63,995 nt of DNA, from positions 434,001-497,995 of the forward strand of contig OX597832.1 of the NCBI GenBank assembly GCA_951406725.2, read 5' to 3'. Shown one piece after another: positions 44,702 to 58,733 of this stretch. The position numbers and the translations under genes were made by a program. The stretch is from Octopus vulgaris (taxonomy: Eukaryota). Numbering within the stretch: the stretch's first letter is position 1; each line of letters starts with the position of its first letter. A model generated the notes under the pieces. It was not told the DNA's origin. It did not search any database and was given only the letters and a program-made list of their open reading frames with translations.

Positions 44702-45650
44702 ACTAGCATTATGACCCATTGTTGTCAGGTCATAGTGCTAGTGCATGCATATATGTGTACATATTACATGTACATCTATATATATACATCTACACATAAA
44801 ATACAAAATACAAAGTTATATCTTAATATCGCTAGTGATAACAATACTCAAAATATATAACAGACTGGAATTGTAGGCCCGTCTCTTGCAATTTCGATCA
44901 ATTGTATCTTGTCCTCCCTCTTGTATAGAAGTGTGGCTACAATCCAGCCTATCTCTGCTTCTGGGGGGGCATTTTAAATTTTTATCTGGGACGTCCTACA
45001 TCCCAGATATAAAGTTGAAAATAAAATATTTCCACTTTGCAACATTTGAGTCGAGTACTCCCTTGCACGCTCCGTTGATTCGAACCTTGCTTCTATTGTG
45101 GTGAATTTACCACCTCTGGTTAGATATCTTTCATAGTCGCAGTACGCAGTTGAAGCTATAGTCCTTTATGTATAATAGTCCATCTGGACTATTCCATTTC
45201 TGCACGCTAATTTTATTTTTAATTTATTCCCATTCATGTGAAACCACTTATTCAAATTCAAGTCATTGATGCAATTTTATACCAATTGCTATTTTTACTT
45301 TTGTTATGTTACGATTATATTATAGTTTAGTTTGATTTTAATTATTACTTACTACATATAATTCAATTGTTATTATTATCTCTAATTTTTATTGTTAAAG
45401 TGAAAGTATCAGACATAAAATAGAAAAATGTTTTTGTTTCACTTTTAACATGTAATACTGAAATAGTGGAGAAGATATGATATTGCTATGGGCTCGCCCT
45501 AGGCATGAATTTGAACATTTTTTTTGCCCATGAAACTACATGGACCCTAAGTAAGGCATGTGTAAAATTTGAATGAAATTGGTTGTGTAGTTCTCAAGTT
45601 TTAGGGAACCGTAGTGGAGAAGATATGATATTGTGGACAAACATAGATAC
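44702..45650. mobile_element. Possible Helitron/Helentron-type non-autonomous remnant
   Basis: Terminal hairpin actagcattatgacc...ggtcatagtgctagt (44702-44742) and a tgtaaaatttgaatgaaattggtt motif resembling DINE/HINE cores. Confidence 0.35.
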
Positions 45651-45669
45651 ACAAACGTATACACACACA

Positions 45670-45800
45670 TACATATACACATAATATATGATAGGCTTCT
45701 TTCAGTTTCCATCTACTAAATCCACTCACAAAGCTTTGGTCAGCCCAAGGCTATAGTAGAAGACACTTACTCAAGGTGCCACACAGTGGGACTGAACCAA
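45670..45800 (-). mobile_element. SINE family A fragment
   Basis: Core match. Confidence 0.8.
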
Positions 45801-45858
45801 ATATATATTATATATATGCATATTATATATATATATATATATATACATATATATATGC

Positions 45859-45891
<33 letters not shown>

Positions 45892-45898
45892 TATATGC

Positions 45899-45936
<38 letters not shown>

Positions 45937-46006
45937 TGTATAATATATATATATATTTTATATATTAAAAATATATATATAATATATGTTATATATATTA
46001 TATACA

Positions 46007-46590
46007 TATGCAGCTGCCCTCATCTACACCTCCGGCCATAAAGTTGATTCATCTGGGACACTTGACAGGAAGAGGTTCAGCTTTATTTTGAAGACACCTA
46101 CATCCACCCCATGCAGGTCTCTCAGGTCCTTTGGGAGGATATTGAAGAGCTGTGGACCTTTGAAGCCCAGGCTATTGCAGTATCTTGTCCTACATCTTGA
46201 TGGCAAATTTGGAATCCTTGGCATTATGCAGTGGCACCCAGTTCTAGTATTTGTGTAACTCTCAATGCCAAAGTTAGGGACAAGTCCTTCCAGATGTATA
46301 TTATGGCATATCTTCCTCACCTACGCTCTAAGGAATAGAGTCTCAATCTCTTGAGTCTTTCCCAATAGCTTATATGCTGCATAGAGGCTATCTTCTTCAT
46401 GTAGCTTCGTTGGATTGCCTCAAGTTCTGAGATTAATTTGACACTGGTTGGTGACCATAGCTGAGAGCAATAGTCAATGTTGCTGAGGACAAGTGTCCTC
46501 CAGAGGACCATCGTAGTTTCTTGATTTCTTGTTCTAAAAGTTCTAAGAATCCATCCTGTCAACAATCTGCATTTCATTGCCAATTTAGCA
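46007..46590 (-). mobile_element. Diverged 3' fragment of the same CR1-group LINE as 621-4016
   Basis: [38 protein letters not shown], collinear with ~765-1358. Confidence 0.93.
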
Positions 46591-48360
46591 GATGCCCTTA
46601 CTGCCTTTTTAGCAGATGCCCTTACTACAGTTGATAATGTTGATGGACTTTCTTTATGATATATATGACATTATTTCAGTAGTTAATAGTGTGACCAGCT
46701 GTTTCTTATACTGGTCTACGAAATTGATAAATAATTATATAAAACAACTCAGTAAAAGATCAGAATGTTGTTTTGCAATTAATTAAAGTGATTCAGCTTC
46801 TCACATTCTTTACATTTTGTTGATACATGGTCTAACAGTTTTTGATTATTCAATGCCATGCTAGAATGCTCCATTTTTAACATGTTTGGATTATATAAAT
46901 GAGACTTGTACTGGACTCCTCTTGGAGGGCAATGACTCGAAATAAGAAGCATGGACAAGTGGATATAAAGTGTTGATGATGAATTTAAATACTGTCTTCA
47001 TATAGATACATTAAATTATAATTTATTCATGTGATTTATGGCTGTTCAATGTGAAAAACATTTTCATCATAAATAAGTTACCTTTCTCAGTCTTTGGTGT
47101 ATGTTCTCATGACAAGGATGTACTGGCTAGAAATTCTAAATAACAATTACTACAATAAAATTGACTAAATGTATATTTAGGCAGTTTCTATGTGGTCATT
47201 TGACCTGTCAAAAGTAGCAACCAAGACCCCTTAAATCATACCCTACAACCTTAAAAGGAAAGGTATATTAGATAATGAGATCCTAGAATTGCTATATCTG
47301 AAAATGTAGACAGATTAATCATGGTTGGGCTGCCATTAATCATAGAGTAGAGTTGTTTGACCAGAGTTACCCTGTGGTTAAACATCTACTATGTTAGTTA
47401 TATTCTCATACTAAATATATTCATCCTGGAATATATTTTGGAGTAACTGTTCTTCCAGATCAGTTGCCTTTATTGAAGATTAATTATTCACTAACACTAT
47501 CTTACTGATGATTCTCTTGTTCACACCTCTAAGCAACATAGTAGTTAAAAAGAGTAACATATTTTCTGCATAGATATTTAAAGTAACTGTTTTAAGGTAA
47601 ATGCATTAAATTTAGTTTTTTTCTGATATAATATATTCTTCAGTTATATTCTTTCTCTGGACATATTACAACTTTTACTGTCAATAGCAATAACTCATTA
47701 TTATTTCTCTGTCAATTTATCTATTACTTGGCTCTTCTTGTTACATAAGCTGTTGTCAATGCTTGTTTAAAGAAATCTTCAGTCTGTCTTTTTTTTATAT
47801 TTTTCCCTATATGTTGGGTAGCTTCAGTCAGCTTCTCTTTAATATACCTGATGTGCTGGGTTTGTTGATCAAACAATGCATTTCATTATTTTTAGTGTGA
47901 CAATCTCGCTTTCCTTGTTAACATGTTGAAGATTTAGCTGCTGCATTGTCAGACCAAATTCCCTCAGTTCATTACATATATTATTCCCTATAAATAATTA
48001 CTTTTTCATCTACACTGTGACCATCTTCATCTAATTTGCTTTAAGTTATGATGCTGGTCTTTTACAATAATGTAGGTTAGGCCATTAAGTTTTTAGTTTG
48101 TCATATGAAAAAAAAAAAATGAATAGTACACCATTTGTTAATGTTCAGTTCTTTTGGAAGTGATTCTGTAACATCCATATATTTCAGTGTTATTAAGTTT
48201 ATCAAACTTTATTTTCTATTTCATGTTTCCACCTTAAATTTCCAATAGTTACTTGGACCAAATTCTGAATCCTTGCCAAATTTTTTTTGTTTCAACCACT
48301 ATTTCATGTACTGTTTTCCATGATCACTAATGTACATGTATACACATACACACACATATA

Positions 48361-49744
48361 CAGGGGTTGGACGAAATAATGGAAACACCTAGCATCATAG
48401 TGTCATAATTTTGAAATATCTATAAAACCATCAAAAGCTTGTTTATTTTTATGTTTTTTGATTTATTATTAGTGTTGCTTAATATGTTTTGCTAAAATTG
48501 CTGTTCCTCTTCAGATATCATCAGAAAAAGGTAATTAAAATTCATTAAAATGGCAGATTTATTGGACTTTCAAAGAATCGTATGGCGGGTGCTAGTGTAA
48601 CGAAAACAGCCAAAATGTTTGGTGTATCAAGAAGTACTGTCTTGAAAGTAATGACACTCTTTGAAAAAGAGGGAAAAACCTGCTTGTCGAAACAACTCCA
48701 GAAGAAAACCAAAACTTATAGATAGGGACCTTTGGACTCTTATGCGAACTGTTAGAAAGAATCACAAAAGTACAACTCCCAAAATTACTGCAGAGCTTAA
48801 TGACTACCTCGAGAACCCAGTTTCCACAAAAACTGCTCACCAGGAGTTGCACAAAGTCAGATTTCACGGGAGGGCTGCAATAAGAAAAGCACTACTTTCA
48901 AAAACAAATGTTGCAAAGCATTTAGAGTGGAGTAAAAACCTACAGAATTGTCCCTAGAGTAGTTGAAGAATGTTGTTTTCTTGGACAAGTCATCCTTTAC
49001 CTTATTTCCAACCACCAGCCAAGTATATGTGTGGAGACAGCCAAAGGAAATATTTGATCCAGACTGCCTTCTTCCAACTGTTAAACATGGAGGAGGATCT
49101 GTGATGATCTGAGGGTCTGTATCTTGGAGATCCACCGGCCCAATGGTTTGCCTTCATGGCAGAATTAATAGTCAAGATTATTTAAGCATTTTATCTGATC
49201 AAATTCATCCTATGGTTGTGAAACTGTTTCTGGAGGGAAACACAATCTTTCAGGATGATAATGCATCAATTTACACAGCTAAAGTTGTTACTGAATGGCA
49301 CAAGGAACATTCTGGTGACATTGGACATCTTATCTGGCCACCACAGTCCCCAGATCTCAATATTATTGAACATTTATGGTGCATTTTAGAAAAACAAGTA
49401 AGGAGTCGATATCCTCCACCATCATCTCTACAAGAACTGGAAACTGTTTTAGCTGAAGAATGGACAAAATTCCTTTTGAAAAAATTCAGACTTTGTATGA
49501 GTCCATACCTCATAGAATTCAAGCTGTATTTACTGCCAAAGGCGGTCCTACCCCATCATCATCATTATCGTTTAATGTCCGTTTTCCATGCTAGCATGGG
49601 TTGGACAGTTTGACCAGGGTCTGGGAAGCCAGGAAGCTGTGCCAGGCTCCAGTCTGATCTGGCAGTGTTTCTACATCTGGCTCCCATATTAAAATAAATT
49701 TGTTTGAAATTTTAAGGTGTTTCCATTATTTTGTTCAAACCCTG
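48361..49744 (+). mobile_element. Tc1-family DNA transposon with ~30-bp TIRs and a decayed transposase
   Basis: TIRs caggggttggacgaaataatggaaacacct (48361-48390) / aggtgtttccattattttgttcaaaccctg (49715-49744); FQDDNA...WPPQSPDLNIIEHLW; TA on the left; RTE tail nested at ~49554-49681. Confidence 0.95.
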
Positions 49745-50032
49745 AACATAGACTCTGTTGTATATGTCAATAAAATTGTGGTCAAATTACCCAGTTCTAT
49801 ATAGAGAATATGGAAATATATGCCATAATACTCTAAACAACTTCATTAACTTTATTCTAAAAGCAGTAGGAGGACAGGAAGGAAAGGGAGCCTTTCTAGA
49901 CTGATTAGGTTGATATGGTCAGCGTCACAACTATAGATCGATATCTGTAAAACATTCCAAGCTGACTGGAGAAGAAGAAAGCTTTGGCTAATTGCCAGCA
50001 AAAAATGTTCTCTCTTTAACTCCTGGATTAGT

Positions 50033-50385
50033 CTTTTACTTGTTTCAGTCATTTGACTGTGGCCTTGCTGGAGCACCACCATAAAGTATTTTAGTTGAAG
50101 AAATCAACCCCAGGACTTATTTTTTTGTCAGCCTAGTATTTATTCTATCGGTCTCTTTCGTTGAACCATTAAGATACGAGGATATAAACACACCAGCATT
50201 GGTTATCAAGCAATATGGGGGGTGGGGGGTGGAGCAAACACACACACACATATATATATGATGGGCTTCTTTTTTTAATTTCTATCAGCCAAATTCACTC
50301 ACAAGGCCTGAAGCTACAGTAGAAGACTCTTACCCAAAGTGCTACACAGTGGGACTGAACCTGGAACCATGTGATTGAGAAGCTT
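50033..50385 (-). mobile_element. SINE family A
   Basis: Tail cttttacttgtttcagtcatttgactgtggcc; head gggactgaacctggaaccat. Confidence 0.85.
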
Positions 50386-51377
50386 CATTCCACAGACTTG
50401 CACTTCCAGACAGTTAAGCTCACCTACCCTACTAAAACAGAAAGCTAAAAGACAATATTGATTGTCCAGAAATCACCAACTTTGTTAGCTCTTCTCTGAA
50501 ATAGATATGTTTATTTTTCATAAATGTCCACAGACAAACAGGAGCATTTTCTTTTGGTTAACATGTTCTTGGTTTATTATTGTTATATTCAGTTTAAAAC
50601 CCTGAGAAAAGAGAATTTAAGGTAACATCTTTATGGTGAAGCAAACTTACTTATGTTAATTAAATTGGTAAATTAATCTCATCAAATTACAGGCAACTGA
50701 TAAATGAAAGATTATATCAATTTCCTCAACATTTCAACTGCAACACTATTACTTCACGAAACAATGTATCCTTTCATCATCATTCTTGGAACAATAGAGT
50801 GGTAAAAATGGAAGAGTAACAGATTGTGGTATTTCGTCACAAATTCATGATTTGAGTTCAAATATTTCTGATATCAGCTGGCCTTTATTGAACCCACTAG
50901 GATCAATGAGTAAAATAACTAGGAGGTTGATCAAAAGAGATTACACTTCATGTGTTTTTTTTTAGTTTTATTACAAATTATTATTATGTAATTGACTAGT
51001 CCCTTCCCCCAAACTTTCAGGCCTTGTGCCTTTAGTAGAAAGGAATTAATTTACTAGTACTCTGTAGTTCATATTTAGATTGAGAAGATTGTGTAGGATG
51101 TGTACAGTACTGGTCATTACTATTTTTAGAATTTCCTGAGGAAATGGTTCATTTGGGATATTGCTAAGATGTGTCTCACCTCCATATCATACTGAAGACG
51201 CTATGATGAGTGAGACTGTTTTTGTTTTAAAATGCTATAGCCTTTCAAGTTGGTGCAGTTTGTTGCATATTAGTGCTTTTTAGATTTTCCTAACTATCAA
51301 GTAATTTTGCTTATGTTCCTATTAAAACTGGGACTGTTAGGACTTTTATGGTATTTATTGTATATTTTGCACTCAGT

Positions 51378-51404
<27 letters not shown>

Positions 51405-51409
<5 letters not shown>

Positions 51410-51610
51410 CAAGCTGATAGAATCATTAACATGCCAGGTGAAATGCTTAGAGGTATTTTGTTCATGTTCTGAGTTCAAATTCTGCCATGGTTGACTTTGC
51501 CTTTCATCCTTTTGGGGTTGATAAAATAAGTACCAGTTGAGTACTGGAGTTGGTGCAATCGACTTACCCCCTCCCCTGAAATTGCTGGCTTTGTGCCAAA
51601 ATTTGAAATC
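51405..51610 (+). mobile_element. SINE family B
   Basis: gagttcaaattctgcc..ggttgactttgcctttcatccttttggggttgataaaataagtaccag. Confidence 0.85.
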
Positions 51611-52329
51611 ACCACTACTACAATAAGAAAAGACTAAGATTAGGCACCTGGTACCTTAAATGTCATCAGGCACTCAACACTCTGCCAGTCAAGCAATATG
51701 ATCAGTAGAAATATCAGGACTTTTGGGCTGGGAACTATCATAGATAAATTTAAGAAATCACTAATCTGCTAATGCTACTGAGGAGCACTACAAGTTCAAG
51801 ATAAACTCTACAGGTATGGAAGTGGCACCAAATGGTGCTGCCTGAGATGCACACAGAGCAATGAAAACATACTGCATGCACCATTACAGTGTCTGACCAT
51901 CACTGACTTGTGGAGTTATATAGAACAGCTGTTTAGTATGTACAACAAATCCATTTATTGGCTGAATCCATTGTGAAGACCACCTTACCACCCATCTTTA
52001 ACAAGGCTAGGCAGGTGGTGTTTCTCTCTAGAGGCTATAGCAAAAAAGGTTGTGTGGTAGATGAGGCTTGTACTTTTGGTGGTCATGGTGATTCTGGATC
52101 TGTGGAACTCCTTAATTGGCTCTAATTGAAGGTTCTTCTGTATCAGAAGGACTGCGTCATATGTTCACATATTTTGTTTACTATGTATGCTGTTATCTCA
52201 TTTCACCCTCTTCCTCTCTTTCTTATTCTCATCTTTTATGTAAACCCTTACACAAATTGTAAACTGCCTTTGAATTGTACCCCTTATCTGATGCTCCTGT
52301 GGTAGATAAAAGAAATCATTATTATTTGT

Positions 52330-52540
52330 AGCAGTAAAGCTGTGAGCTGGCAGAATCATTCCCACATCAGGAAAAAGTGCTTAGTAGCATCTCTTTTGAC
52401 TCTTTATGTTTGGAGTTCAAATTCTGCTGAGGTTAACTCTGCCTTTCATTCTTTTAAGTACCAGTTAAGCACTGGAGTCCATGTAATCAACTTATCTCCT
52501 CCTCTAAATGGCTGGTCTTGTGCCAAAACTTTAAACCATT
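52330..52540 (+). mobile_element. SINE family B, diverged
   Basis: Same core as 51405. Confidence 0.75.
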
Positions 52541-52668
52541 ACTGTTGTTGATTAATAAATGTGATATCACTATATTTATTCCATTGTTCATATTACTTTA
52601 TACTCTGCATTGAATTCATTATTCTTATAATTGGTACATTTCCTGGATTTTCTTATAATTGGTACATT

Positions 52669-52817
52669 TCCATACTCTACCAACATGCCAAAAACCACCA
52701 TGGAAGCAACTTGGGTCAACTTGACATCCACATCTTATCCGAGCACCCAAAAGGCCTAACACTCAGACAAATACGGGAGTATGTCCTTATAAATGAAACT
52801 TCTCCAATACTAAATAG
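52669..52817 (+). repeat. 149-bp direct copy of the PLE endonuclease 3' end (53606-53754)
   Basis: Near-identical sequence; encodes SILYQHAKNHH...NETSPILNR. Confidence 0.93.
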
Positions 52818-53287
52818 GAAATTAAGTCCAGTTAATTCAAAAATATTTTTTCTCTCATGAAAGCTAGGATTTCACATGGAATGCTGATTTCCTGAACTTC
52901 CTTTTTCTCTTACTATATTTTATATGTTTGTCTATTATACATAGTGCATGTCTCATTACTTTATGCCAAAATAAGTAATATTTTGCAGCTTCTCATATTA
53001 GAATATGATGGCATTTTTCCTCAAGTAGTTGCTCTCTTTCAGTTTTCTGTTGAAGCACATCTCATGCTACAGTTTTTAGTTTGTTCTTCTGAAAGTCTCT
53101 GAATTTCAGTGTCAATGATGGCAGATGTGAAAGGGTGTTCAGGAGAAAGAGATGTTCAGTGGAAAATAAAGTGATAAGGGATGACAATGTGAATGCAAAA
53201 TGGTTGACATTTATCCATGCTAACATCATTTCATCTACTCATAGCTTCTGCAATGGCTATGGAGAACTAGCATATTCATGTGCTTGC

Positions 53288-53757
53288 ATGGAGAACTAGC
53301 CTGTAGATTTAGAAAAGCTCTGAAGGAGACCAAACTCAACATTAAGATTGTTGGAAAACCAGGGAACTCTGTCAGATCATGATGTAGGCTGTACCCCTTT
53401 GAGAATACCATATGCACCAATGATAACTGCATGGTATGTAGGATTAATCCTGACATTAACTGTAGAACTCGAAATGTAGTTTACAGCATAAGATGCATAG
53501 AAGGTGCTTGTAAAGACATGAACATGATGTACATAGGGGAGACATCTAGGAGCATTGCAGAACAACTAAATGTACATCTGAGACAATGATGACAAAAAAC
53601 AGTCCTCCATACTCTACCAACATGCCAAAAACCACCATGGAAGCAACTTGGGTCAACTTGACATCCACATCTTATCCGAGCACCCAAAAGGCCCAACACT
53701 CAGACAAATACGGGAGTATGTCCTTATAAATGAAACTTCTCCAATACTAAATAGAAA
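53288..53757 (+). pseudogene. Penelope-like element GIY-YIG endonuclease remnant
   Basis: From 53401: ENTICTNDNCMVCRINPDINCRTRNVVYSIRCIEGACKDMNMMYIGETSRSIAEQLNVH, then frameshifted SILYQH...; absent from the ORF track. Confidence 0.85.
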
Positions 53758-54588
53758 ATATACATAGTAGATATCATACCTCCACACCCACAGTTTACAC
53801 AGGTAGAGTAGAATAGTTAGTGGGCTGTTATGTATGTTATGTATGTATGCGTGTGTGTGTTGGTATATATGTGCATATGCACATGTATGTAAGCATATAG
53901 ATATGTAAATAAACAGATCAACATACAGACAGATAGGTACATAGGTTATATGAACAGACAAGCACACATACGCAAATGGAGACTGAAACACATGACCATA
54001 TACACACACACTTTACTTCACACAAGGACACATATAGAGACACATATCCACACATATAGAGATTCACATCCATACATACAAACATGGTACATAGTTGCAA
54101 AACACACACACATGCACACATAAGGAGAAAGAGGTGCATACAAATACAAACACTCACTCACACATACATAAAAAAATACACAAACGCCATGCAAGCACAT
54201 GAATATGCAGAATACATACAGATGCACACACATACATACATATATACATTTGCATACACACATATATACATACACAAACATGCATTCATACATACATACA
54301 TACATGCATAGTCACACACACACGCACTGACCCACACACACGTGCACAAACAAACAAAAAGGAACGCAGTGTAAATAACGGACAGAGTCAAGACTATTGA
54401 AAAGGTTGCAAGACGCAACGAAACTTTTAGGAAAATAAAAATAAGAAATAAGTGGAAATTTTACTGGTGAGTGTGTTACATTATAAGGCATGAAAAGAAA
54501 TGACTCTCCCCAGACACAACAGAATATGCTTCAACACGCGAACTCATATAAAGAATCTTGCAAACCAAATCCAAAAACGAAATATGTG

Positions 54589-54631
<43 letters not shown>

Positions 54632-54687
54632 CCATATATATGTATACATGTTTGTATATATGTATATATATATATGTATACATGTTT

Positions 54688-54718
<31 letters not shown>

Positions 54719-54726
54719 CATGTTTG

Positions 54727-54757
<31 letters not shown>

Positions 54758-55530
54758 ACATGTTTGTATATATATATATACTTGGGAGTGAAGGACTGCT
54801 AGCCTTTGTTAGGGCATCCTTCTAGAAGGCAACTCAGGTAACTGGGATAACTCCGACATAAAACCTGCGGTTCAGTGGTTACCGATGATGTTGACTTGTT
54901 CTTCTTTTCGGACTATGGCTGCTGTTCCTTAGTGAGTGGGATTAACTCAGTGCACAGCCTTTCCTCACTTAAAAAAAAGTCTTCTTGCACAGGCATTACA
55001 TGATAACTACATTGATTGATTGATTGAAATGACATGCAAAGGTACATGAAGCCCAGTTACAACTACAGCTGGCTATTGCCTGTAAAGGTTTTAGCTGCCA
55101 ATTCTGTACAAGACACTGTAGATCTTTAGCTGCGCTAAAAAGTAACATTCGATCACAGTACCAATAACAGTTAAGCCTTGTGCAATGGCCATACTCAATA
55201 ACGAGGGGGCAGCCATCATATATATATATAATGGAATAACTACTGTGAAGCAACTCATAGCCACAATAGGTACCATCTTATTGCAGAATCACTGCTGATC
55301 TGACTATGGCTGGTGCTTAGGGAGCTTGCCTCCTTGTCAGTCTATAGGATGGTGCCTATTGTGGCTACAAGTTGTTTTGACTCATATATCTTGTAATGCT
55401 GGTGCTGAATAGTGCCCTCAGTCACTCTAGTGACATATATATATTTTTGCCTTTCGGTTGAAAACTTGCTCACAAGCCACCCTTATTATTTATCTATATC
55501 TATCTATCTATATTTATATATATATATATA

Positions 55531-55820
55531 GGTGGCTGTGTGGTAAGAAGTTTACTTCCCAGCCTCGTGGTTCTTGGTTTAGTTCCACTGTGTGGTACCT
55601 TGGATAAGTGTTTTCTACTATAGCTTCAAGCCAACCAAAGCTTTGTGAGTGGATTTAGTAAGCAGAAATTGAAAGAAGTTCATCGTATGAGTGTGTGTAT
55701 GTCTTTGTCCTTCACAACCACATCACAACTGGAAGTACTAGGGTGTCAATTTGTTTAACTAAAATTCTTTAAGGTGGTGTCCCAGCATGGCTACAGCCTA
55801 ATAGCTCAAACAATAAAAGA
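55531..55820 (+). mobile_element. SINE family A, diverged
   Basis: Same head and tail as the adjacent copy. Confidence 0.8.
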
Positions 55821-55846
55821 TATGTGTGTGTGTGTGTTGTATATAT

Positions 55847-56250
55847 AGGAGTGGCTGTGTGGTAAGTAGCTTGCTAACCAACCACATGGTTCCGGGTTCA
55901 GTCCCACTGCATGGCATCTTGGGCAAGTGTCTTCTGCTATAGCCTTGGGCCAACCAAAGCCTTGTGAGTGGATTTGGTAGACGGAAACTGAAAGAAGCCT
56001 GTCGTATATATGTGTATATATATGTATGTGTGTCTATATGCTTGTGTGTCTGTGTTTTTTCCTCTAGCATTGCTTGACAACCGATGCTGGTGTGTTTACA
56101 TCCCCGTCACTTAGTGGTTCGGTAAAAGAGACCGATAGAATAAGTACTGGGCTTACAAAGAATAAGTTCCGGGGTCGATTTGCTCGACTAAAGGCGGTGC
56201 TCCAGCATGGCCGCAGTCAAAATGACTGAAACAAGTAAAAGAGTAAAAGA
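55847..56250 (+). mobile_element. SINE family A, full-length
   Basis: A box tggctgtgtgg, B box gggttcagtccc, internal (TG/TA)n, tail ccagcatggccgcagtcaaatgactgaaacaagtaaaaga. Confidence 0.9.
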
Positions 56251-56265
56251 TATATATATATATAT

Positions 56266-56367
56266 ATGATACACAACTAGTCCGGGAATTTTATGATACC
56301 ACCTTGTGTATATATATATATATACACAAGGTGGTATCATAAAGTTCCCGGACTAGTTGTGTATCAT
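56266..56367. repeat. ~102-bp near-perfect palindrome centred on (TA)n; right arm continues as a probable mariner-type end
   Basis: atgatacacaactagtccgggaa.tttatgataccaccttgtg (TA)n cacaaggtggtatcataaagttcccggactagttgtgtatcat. Confidence 0.9.
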
Positions 56368-57319
56368 GCCAGCAGATGGCAGTACATGGTTGCATTTGCA
56401 GTGAGAGCTAGCAGTGACCTTCATTAGGCAGTGTGCCTAGTGACATTGCTGTATCTACTTCACGAGTTGTGAAATTTGTGTTCTTGTGATAACATATGTG
56501 CTGTAGTCTGCAATTTTATCATGGGCATTGTATTAAATTTTATATTACAAGACATTTGCATACACACATATATACATACACTCAGTGCACAGCCTTTCCC
56601 CACTTTAAAAAAAGTCTTCTTGCACAGGCATTGCATGATAACTACATTGATTGATTGATTGAAATGACATGCAAAGGTACATGAAGCCCAGTTACAACTA
56701 CAGCCGGCTATTGCCTGTCCATTATTTATACTGCGTTCCTTTTTGTTTGTTTGTGCACAAGTGTGTGGGTCAGTGTGTGTGTGTGTGACTATGCATGCAT
56801 GTATGTATGTATGTATGTATGAATGCATGTTTGTGTATGTATATATGTGTGTATACAAATGTCTTGCATATCATGTAGCATTGTATTAAATTTTATATTA
56901 CAATGGTTCCATCTGTTACAGAATGCAAAATATATAAGAGAGATTGATATATAAATCCTTTTTATATCAAATATAGATTGGTGGGAAGTATACCAGTGTT
57001 TTTTTTTTTGGTAAAATTCTTATTCTTTGCTGATAACAATTGAACAGGCATTGCTGTGTGGTCTAGAACTATGCTTATTCAACCAAATCTTTGAGATACA
57101 ATCCCATTGCACAGAACATTGGTTAAATGTCCTCTATGAGAGCTTCAGGTTAACCAAAGTTTTGTAACATTTAATCAATGAAAATTGTGTGGAGATCATC
57201 ATGAGTGTATATATGTGTCAATGAAAGATATACATATAGATATATCATCAGTAGTTAATATATCTGGAAAAGAAGCACACTCTAAAGCATTTGAGTAGTA
57301 ATGTATTTCTTAGGAAGCT

Positions 57320-57478
57320 AAAAGTTATGACCAGTCATTGACTGATCATTGGTTTTGCACCTATAAAGCACTTAGCAGCTTAGGAAACTTGTGAGGCTGA
57401 AATCTGAGTCTAATGAGCTGCCTATACAGCTAATAGGTACAAAACCAATGGTCACTCTCTGACTGGCCATAACTTTTA
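57320..57478. repeat. Imperfect inverted repeat (~50-bp arms)
   Basis: aaaagttatgaccagtca..cattggttttgcacctat / ataggtacaaaaccaatg..tgactggccataactttt. Confidence 0.8.
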
Positions 57479-58681
57479 ACTTACTAAAAATAATATATAT
57501 ATATATATATATGCTAGCAAGATACTGCCAAATACATTAGTGTGTCAAGCAAATAACATGTTATGGTATTTACTTCACTCAAATTGCATATATAGTTTCT
57601 TGTTATTCTTATTGTTCACAAATGTATAATGTAAAAAAATTGTGATGTATTAATCATGATGTGTATCACAACACATACACTAAAATTGTTGAGCCAACTT
57701 TTAAACCTGTGTTCTCTCTCTCTCTCTCCCCCTCCTGCTTGCTCTCTCCCTCTCTGTCTCTCATATTGCAAATGCTTGCAATAATTGTACATATTCTGGG
57801 TTAGATCAACTAAAAATTGGTGTTTGTTAATTAGAATAATTGTATTAGAAAACTAAGTAATTGATGACTGGTGATTAACAGACAGCTGAGATTTTGTAGA
57901 ACATTCATTTTAATGACTGGCTCTCATAAAATTTCATTTTCGATTGTTCTGTTTACAAGCTGATACACTAGAATACTTATCAATCTTGAGATAAATATTC
58001 CAGCTAATCAGCTTGTAGTTGGGCAGGTTGGGATTGTAATAATTTTCACATCCTTGAGTAAAATGTTTTTATAATCAAGCCATTCTTTTGAAACAGATCA
58101 ATGTCTTAAGATTTCAACCTGTCTTTTCAAGTGCGTATACATGTATTTCTGCATGTGTGTGTATGAGAGAGAGAATGGGGTGGGAGAGAGAGAGAGAGGG
58201 GGGCTCAGTTTTATATAATAGCATTTTACTTTTTACTCAGTGTAGTTATTTTCTGTGAATATGAATTTCTTGTTGGAATGTTTGTCAAAATGATTAGGGC
58301 CACTTGAGAACTAGACTTCAAAATTTACATGAGAAATATGAGCATATCAATAGTGATAATAAGTCATTTTATTTTTCTGTTAATACCTGCATTCAGTTTA
58401 TTGAAGCATGTAATCTAACTCTGAAATAGGCAATTGATGCAAATCTGTCATTGATTGCAACTTGCTCGCTTATTGTTTTGATGTTTTAATCTGTTTGATC
58501 CAGCAGAGAAGCTAAGCACTAATCTAAGTGTTATACAGTATGTCATGTCTTATCATGACATGGCTATTTATTAGGATCAAACAGAAATGGATCAACTGGC
58601 TTGTTTATATTGAGAGGAATTACAATCAAATAGCAGCCCAGATTTACCTTAAATCCAATTCAAGGACAACACCCTCCTATG

Positions 58682-58733
<52 letters not shown>

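Noticed and set aside
47500-48300. Possible DNA-transposase remnant (minus-strand IWSDNAAA)
   Set aside because: A single short motif in broken frames is insufficient to classify
54393-54432. gttgc-aagac-gcaac-GAAAC hairpin
   Set aside because: CUGANGA and UH are missing; at best a dead relic
54625-54780. Four tgtatacatgtttgtata units with spacers (CRISPR-like look)
   Set aside because: The spacers are only (TA)n; this is a eukaryotic minisatellite with no cas genes
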